64,000 bases of DNA, taken from the NCBI GenBank assembly GCA_000002445.1, contig CP000069.1, forward strand, positions 800,001 to 864,000. The letters are read 5' to 3'. How positions within the stretch are numbered: the stretch's first letter is position 1; each line of letters begins with the position of its first letter. This document shows, piece by piece, positions 59,092-64,000 of this stretch. Origin of the DNA: Trypanosoma brucei. Taxonomy: Eukaryota. Position numbers and translations under genes: made by a program. The notes beneath the pieces were generated by a model. The model ran no database searches and was not told where the DNA came from. It saw nothing but the letters and a program-made list of their open reading frames with translations.

Positions 59092-60459
59092 ATGCAACAG
59101 CGTTCCATCAGTCCTGGTCGTGGTCGCGTGGTACCGAGAGGACAATTAACGCGGTCAGCGAGGGGCAGTACAATTTCATGCAGCAGCCCTCAGAGACCGC
59201 AAGCAGTTGTGAATGAATTACACCGCCGTGATGGAACAAATCCCACTACTGACCGGGGCCGCCAAATTGCTGAAGAGGTGGATGAACTAATGAATGAAGT
59301 GTATGGAGGAACGGCCCATCAACCACCTCCCGAATCTCTGCAGCGGCATGCGGAGGGCGGCAACCTCTTGGCTCGCTATAAGACATCCATCCTTGCTTCT
59401 GCTTTACCAACTTCATGGCAGCGAGGACCTTCAGACCCCGCAGGTTTGTGCTTTGATGCCAGTGACCGTAACTTGTTGTGTATGGATGTTTATGAAAAGA
59501 GGGGTCTTTGTGTCGTGGGTTCCGCGGATCATGGACTCAAGGTATTTGACCTCGCCACTGGAGCAGAAAAGCGAAATCTGTACACAAAAAAGTACGGTCA
59601 CACCGAGTGGGTAACGTGTTGCAAATTTCTACCAGACAGCGGCAAGATTCTTTCGGGTGGGATGGATAGTAAACTCTGTTTATGGGAGGCTTCCGGTCCC
59701 GCTCGTTGTACTGATTTAACTGGTCATACTGGAAGCATCAGCCAGGTGGAAGTGTGTGGCAATAACGGATTTGCTCTGAGCAGTAGCTATGATCGGACGC
59801 TGCGACTGTGGGATTGTGGAGCTGGTGGGCGGTGTATTGCAACGTTTGCCGGTCACAAAGCCCCTGTGATGATGTTTTCGTGGTGCGGGACGCAATTACT
59901 TTCAGGTGATCGCCAAGGGACTGCTAAAATGTGGGATGTGGAGAGCGGCGAGTGCCTTGCGACAATGGCCACGAAGCGTGGGCAAATAGGTTCGCTATGG
60001 CATACACTTCACACGAGTGTGGGATTACTTTCTGCTATTGGGGATCAGGGTGGGGTTTTAACCGTCATGGATTTCCCCCGTACCGGCAGTCGGCCCATAT
60101 TCCAAGGTGAGCTTCACCCGGGTGGTGTAATAAGCAGCATTCGCTCGGTAGATGAAACTCCATATTTGATTACTGCCGGAGCGGATAAGGTCATCCTCAC
60201 GCTCGATCCGCGTGCTGGTTTTGCAGTGGTTCATAACTTCACTGATCACCGTGATTTCATTTACTCGATGGAGACATTTGGTCCGTTGGTATTATCTGGT
60301 GGTGGAAATGGTTGGTTGCTGGTACATAATGTGTTGGATGGTAAATGTTGCTATGGGCTGGGCGCTAATGGGGCAGCTGTGCGTGAAATACGTACAACAT
60401 CGGAGTATCTGGTGGCGGCAGGGGATGATGGCAAAGCTATGGTTTATAGGTTTAACTGA
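59092..60459 (+). CDS. WD40-repeat protein (455 aa)
   Basis: Multiple WD repeats ending in WD/WE dipeptides (GHTEWVTCCKF...LCLWE; GHTGSISQVEV...LRLWD; GHKAPVMMFSW...AKMWD). The N-terminal 90 aa is basic or disordered. Confidence 0.8.
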   Translation: MQQRSISPGRGRVVPRGQLTRSARGSTISCSSPQRPQAVVNELHRRDGTNPTTDRGRQIAEEVDELMNEVYGGTAHQPPPESLQRHAEGGNLLARYKTSILASALPTSWQRGPSDPAGLCFDASDRNLLCMDVYEKRGLCVVGSADHGLKVFDLATGAEKRNLYTKKYGHTEWVTCCKFLPDSGKILSGGMDSKLCLWEASGPARCTDLTGHTGSISQVEVCGNNGFALSSSYDRTLRLWDCGAGGRCIATFAGHKAPVMMFSWCGTQLLSGDRQGTAKMWDVESGECLATMATKRGQIGSLWHTLHTSVGLLSAIGDQGGVLTVMDFPRTGSRPIFQGELHPGGVISSIRSVDETPYLITAGADKVILTLDPRAGFAVVHNFTDHRDFIYSMETFGPLVLSGGGNGWLLVHNVLDGKCCYGLGANGAAVREIRTTSEYLVAAGDDGKAMVYRFN

Positions 60460-60549
60460 GTGTATAGCATCGCTCTCATATACGGTTCCTTGTTTTTCCT
60501 CTTATCTGCATGAATACGTCGGCTCTCATAAGAGCGCGCGCTTGCAAAC

Positions 60550-60561
60550 GGGGGGGGGGGG
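60550..60561 (+). repeat. G12 homopolymer run in the 3'UTR of the WD40 gene
   Basis: acggggggggggggaagg, about 90 nt after the stop codon. Confidence 0.85.
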
Positions 60562-61304
60562 AAGGCCAATAAATGTTTTTTGTTCGTTTTTTTTAATGTT
60601 GGGTTCGTTCATTATTATATCGTGTTTTCTTTTTTTTTTAAAGGTTCATGCTTTTCATTGTTACCATACCAACTTCGTGCGTTTTATTCACCTCCGTTTC
60701 CGTCATTGCACTGGCCCATAAAAGAGTAGAAAGGTATGTTGTATTTTTGTGTCAATGTAATTGAAACCGTGCAAATGACTGTTTCTCCCTTTTGTTTACG
60801 TCGTCTTGCCGCAGTTTCTCTTCCTATTTCTCCGTGCCACACTTGTTTGCCCGTTAATAATTATGATCATTTTATATGGGTGACATGTATATTTTTTTTA
60901 AAAATCCTTCTGATATCACAACAAGAGGTGAGGAAAGTGAACGAAGTAATGGTGAGAAAATCAATAAGTTGACGGCCGTTCTTTTTTTTTTTGTTGTTGT
61001 TCCCCTGTTTTGCCACTTGGGTGCTTTGCCCGTGAAAACTTATAATTACTCTGCTCGTTGTGAGATGTTACAATCAAAATTGCTAAAAATATTCCACATT
61101 CTTACATCATCCTTATTCTTCATTTTTTTTCCTGTGATGACAATTTACCATCTGCTGTCGGCAACAAACAATACAACTGCAACACGAAGGAATAAGAGAT
61201 AAGAATCGGTATATTTAAAACAGCCACACATATATATATTGTTAAAACTTGTGGTAGAAATAAAACGAAAAAGAAAAGAAAAAAATAAATTTTCTTTGCG
61301 AGTT

Positions 61305-62702
61305 ATGTATCGTTTTTCAATCAGTGGTAGTGCTCTACCTTCTTCTGTTGATTGGGCACTTCTCCGGCATTTGCCCACTTGGAGACTTAATAAATATACA
61401 ATGGATCCAGTAAAAGGAGTAGGGAAAGATATAGAGTGTACAGATGATGAACCATCACCATTTTGGGTATCAGGAAGAGAAATTCGGCTTCTCCGTATGA
61501 CAATGAGTCGCTCTTCAGCGTCGCCAGCGTGTGGTTCTTTTTCTTATGGCGAAAGGAAAAGTCGTATTGCTGACAAATCCAAACAATGCGGATGGGCGAA
61601 CCATTTTGTTAGGTGGAATAGAGCCATCAGCGTATTTGGTGTTCCATATCTCAACGCCGCGGACACGTCTTTTTGTTCTGTATTTGATTCTGTCACATGC
61701 ATAAACTTCGAAATTCCCTTGACAGAAGGTGGGGGAGTTGCATGGTTGCCAAATGGAGCTCCGTTATCAAGTCCATTGAGGTGTTTTGTTGAAGAAAATG
61801 TAACAAAGCGGGGAATTACATCCGCCTTCTCTTTTCACTCACCGTATTGGTTGGAAGTTGAGGGGTTTCAAAGCCGCTGGCCTGGCGTTGATATCGCTCC
61901 TGCTGCTTCTCCACTTTATGTCAAGGATATGCCGAAAGGGTTTATAAATGCGGAGCAGACAACAGACGCTTCACGCTTCGATTCCGTGTCGTGTGGTCCA
62001 CAAAGGCAACACGAATGCTTACTCATAAGTGGCGTGTATCATGTTTCGCTTAACTCGTCTCTAAAACTCGCAGATGCTCTTGCGAAAATGACAAAAGCTG
62101 AAGAAGGACAATTACTGCTTCCCCCTTCACTTCATGAAACATCTTTTTCAAGGAGCATGCCATTACAGGGGTCTCCGCAGTGCAATGAGATGGAAAAAAA
62201 TAATCCTTGTAATTTGTGGGTTGATGTGGAATTTATTGAAGCAGTTGGTTGGTCTGTGCACAGTGCGGCTGTGGGTGTGGAACTTCACAAAACACAGCTT
62301 CTTTTGAATCACCGACCATTTCCACTCCAACAAAGTGGGTCAGATAATTCGGTAACATTAATAAATGCTGTGTTTATTGTGGAGCGGGATGACTTACTGA
62401 ATTTCATAACGTATAAGCCTGACCTCATTGGCTTCACACAAAAAATTTTCATATACTCTTTCACAGTTATCAGATTGGCTTTTCAAGCGTACAAAATGAA
62501 ATATACTTCAACTACGTGGGTTGTTGCTTCTGCTCTGGAGGGGTTCAACATCCGTGTCCGTAAAACAGATGGGCTCGTGGGTGTTGAAGTTAAACTTTTC
62601 ATTCGTCAAGAGAACAAACATTTCACAACTGTTGTCGTCAATAGAGACGAGTTGAACATATCCGATGAAACCTTTATGGAGTTACAACAGCGCTGTGTAT
62701 AA
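61305..62702 (+). CDS. hypothetical protein (about 465 aa)
   Basis: ORF with in-frame ATG at 61305 (MYRFSISGSALPSS...). The track start 61239 lies in an A-rich stretch. Alternative ATG at about 61401 (MDPVKG). No domain recognised. Confidence 0.5.
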   Translation: MYRFSISGSALPSSVDWALLRHLPTWRLNKYTMDPVKGVGKDIECTDDEPSPFWVSGREIRLLRMTMSRSSASPACGSFSYGERKSRIADKSKQCGWANHFVRWNRAISVFGVPYLNAADTSFCSVFDSVTCINFEIPLTEGGGVAWLPNGAPLSSPLRCFVEENVTKRGITSAFSFHSPYWLEVEGFQSRWPGVDIAPAASPLYVKDMPKGFINAEQTTDASRFDSVSCGPQRQHECLLISGVYHVSLNSSLKLADALAKMTKAEEGQLLLPPSLHETSFSRSMPLQGSPQCNEMEKNNPCNLWVDVEFIEAVGWSVHSAAVGVELHKTQLLLNHRPFPLQQSGSDNSVTLINAVFIVERDDLLNFITYKPDLIGFTQKIFIYSFTVIRLAFQAYKMKYTSTTWVVASALEGFNIRVRKTDGLVGVEVKLFIRQENKHFTTVVVNRDELNISDETFMELQQRCV

Positions 62703-63802
62703 ATAACAGATAATATTTGCCGTGCGAGAATCATCACAATACCTCAAAGTTTTTATGAAGTTTTTTTTGTCTCCGTCAAGAGTCGTTTATATTTATTCGT
62801 GATTATACTGTTCCATTTTATTTTTTTTTTTAAAGGCCTCTACTGCTATTATTATTTTTTTTTTACAAGTTTCTGTGCATCTTTTTCTATTTCTTTTGTT
62901 GCTGCATGGTTACTTGCTAAATTTGTTGCATCGTCGTTGACCACGTCTCCTTTTTTTTCCCCTTTTGCTTGAACAAACTGTCTTTATGTGTATTTTATTT
63001 TTGATACAAAGTACTTATGTCTCTTTTGTTTTATTTTTGTTTTCTCACTGATGCGTTCTTTTCATTTATTTTCCCCTGCTTTCATTTCGTCATGTACTTC
63101 CAATATTTTCTTATTTTCCCCCTCTTGCCACACATAAATTCATATTTCCCTTGCATTGCGAATTGGTCTGCTAATATCTTTCACTACTGCAAGTTGTTAA
63201 CATATTCCACAAAAACATCTTTTTTTTCCCCTCCTTTTCTTTCATTTTCACTTTGTTGTTTTTTTTTTTACTTTTCATGCTTTAAAGCATTCAAGTAGGT
63301 GCAAACCAAAAAGGATTTAGAAAGAAAACCCTCAAAAGGCTTGTTTTTTTTTCTTTTTTCCTCTTTATAATATTTTTCATATTTTTCACCCACTACTCAC
63401 ACGAGTCTGTGGGTTCTTGAGTAACTCTGCTTGATCACGCGACCTGTTGTGGTTTCAACTTGTACGCGTGCGTTGTGAAGTTCCTATTTTGCTCTCTTTC
63501 GCCTTCTAATTTTTTAAACTTCACTTCCTTTGTTTTCTTTTTTGTTTGGTTTCTTCTACTCACTTTTTTGTCGTTTTTGGTAGTTTTTTATTTTGTTTTC
63601 CTTTTGCGACCAGTTGTTGTGTATTGTCTCTACCACTTTATAAATACATACACAGGCACAAACGCATATCAAAACTACCAACAAATACCGAAGCGGAGGA
63701 AGAGAAACGAAATACGCACCGACAGTGTCGTTTTAATTCTTTTCATTTTTTTAAATTTTGTTTTGTCCTTTCTCACATTTGTGTACCAAAAACTGTGGTT
63801 TC

Positions 63803-64000
63803 ATGAACGTGCGTGTTGCTACAGCAGTTCGTATCCTACCAGGAACTGCAATAGCAGACAAGCAATTCATTCTTTCTTCGGTCCACAAAGCCGTTGATGG
63901 GCAAACTGTTGTAGTGGACAGTTGTGGCGATGGGTCGCGGCCGATGATTGTACGGGTTGATGAGGTTTATGATGAAGAGGATAATCAAAGCTACTTTTAT
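63803..64000 (+). CDS. 5' end of a hypothetical protein-coding gene (3'-partial; runs off the window end)
   Basis: ATG at 63803 opens frame 2 with no stop to nt 64000 (MNVRVATAVRILPGTAIADKQFILSSVHKAVDGQTVVVDSCGDGSRPMIVRVDEVYDEEDNQSYFY). It is preceded by a T-rich tract. It is not in the ORF track because no stop lies in the window. Confidence 0.3.
   Translation, partial: MNVRVATAVRILPGTAIADKQFILSSVHKAVDGQTVVVDSCGDGSRPMIVRVDEVYDEEDNQSYFY

Noticed and set aside
1-64000. CRISPR arrays or prokaryotic defence islands
   Set aside because: No direct repeats of 20-50 nt separated by unique spacers. The only repeats are simple di-, tri- or hexanucleotide microsatellites and homopolymers. The genome context is eukaryotic.

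Overview
This window reads as a nuclear chromosomal segment of a kinetoplastid, most consistent with Trypanosoma brucei. I infer that from gene content and architecture (including an adjacent pyridoxal kinase ... L-threonine dehydrogenase neighbourhood), working from memory without any database search. About 22 intronless protein-coding genes all lie on the + strand, so the window sits inside a single polycistronic transcription unit. They are separated by 0.4-2.5 kb pyrimidine-rich intergenic regions that carry poly(Y) tracts with AG trans-splice acceptors and many simple microsatellites ((TA)n, (CA)n, (TG)n, poly-T/A). There are no prokaryotic features: no Shine-Dalgarno motifs, no operons, no CRISPR arrays, no tRNA or rRNA. 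The supplied ORF track uses bacterial alternative start codons (GTG/TTG shown as M). I therefore moved starts to the first plausible in-frame ATG wherever the track start was not ATG. Products recognisable from motifs alone are: a NUDIX hydrolase; a USP-type deubiquitinase with an N-terminal ZnF-UBP; the Sm core protein SmE; a ZNF598/Hel2-like RING plus C2H2 E3 ligase with an in-frame poly-Asn microsatellite; a calcyphosine-like EF-hand protein; pyridoxal kinase; a GNAT-like acetyltransferase; VPS41 (HOPS complex); IMP4 (Brix, U3 snoRNP); mitochondrial L-threonine 3-dehydrogenase; a soluble twin-NBD ABC ATPase; a TBC-domain RabGAP; RIO2 kinase; a PSP1-C-domain protein; and a WD40 protein. Three very large lineage-restricted ORFs (1108, about 1785 and about 1501 aa) show no recognisable domain. 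The points most worth follow-up are these. First, a candidate orphan C/D-box snoRNA at 6680-6777 with C, D', C' and D boxes and a perfect 6-bp terminal stem. Second, a 5.7-kb ORF-free, AT-rich, low-complexity block (53.35-59.09 kb) carrying G-quadruplex motifs and a roughly 100-bp imperfect inverted repeat of triplet DNA. Third, a FYVE-like cross-brace zinc finger inside the 1785-aa orphan. Fourth, an 880-aa Ser-rich protein with Tudor-like and BRCT-like modules. No novel defence-type system is present. The novelty is at the level of unannotated ncRNA, structural DNA and orphan-protein candidates.
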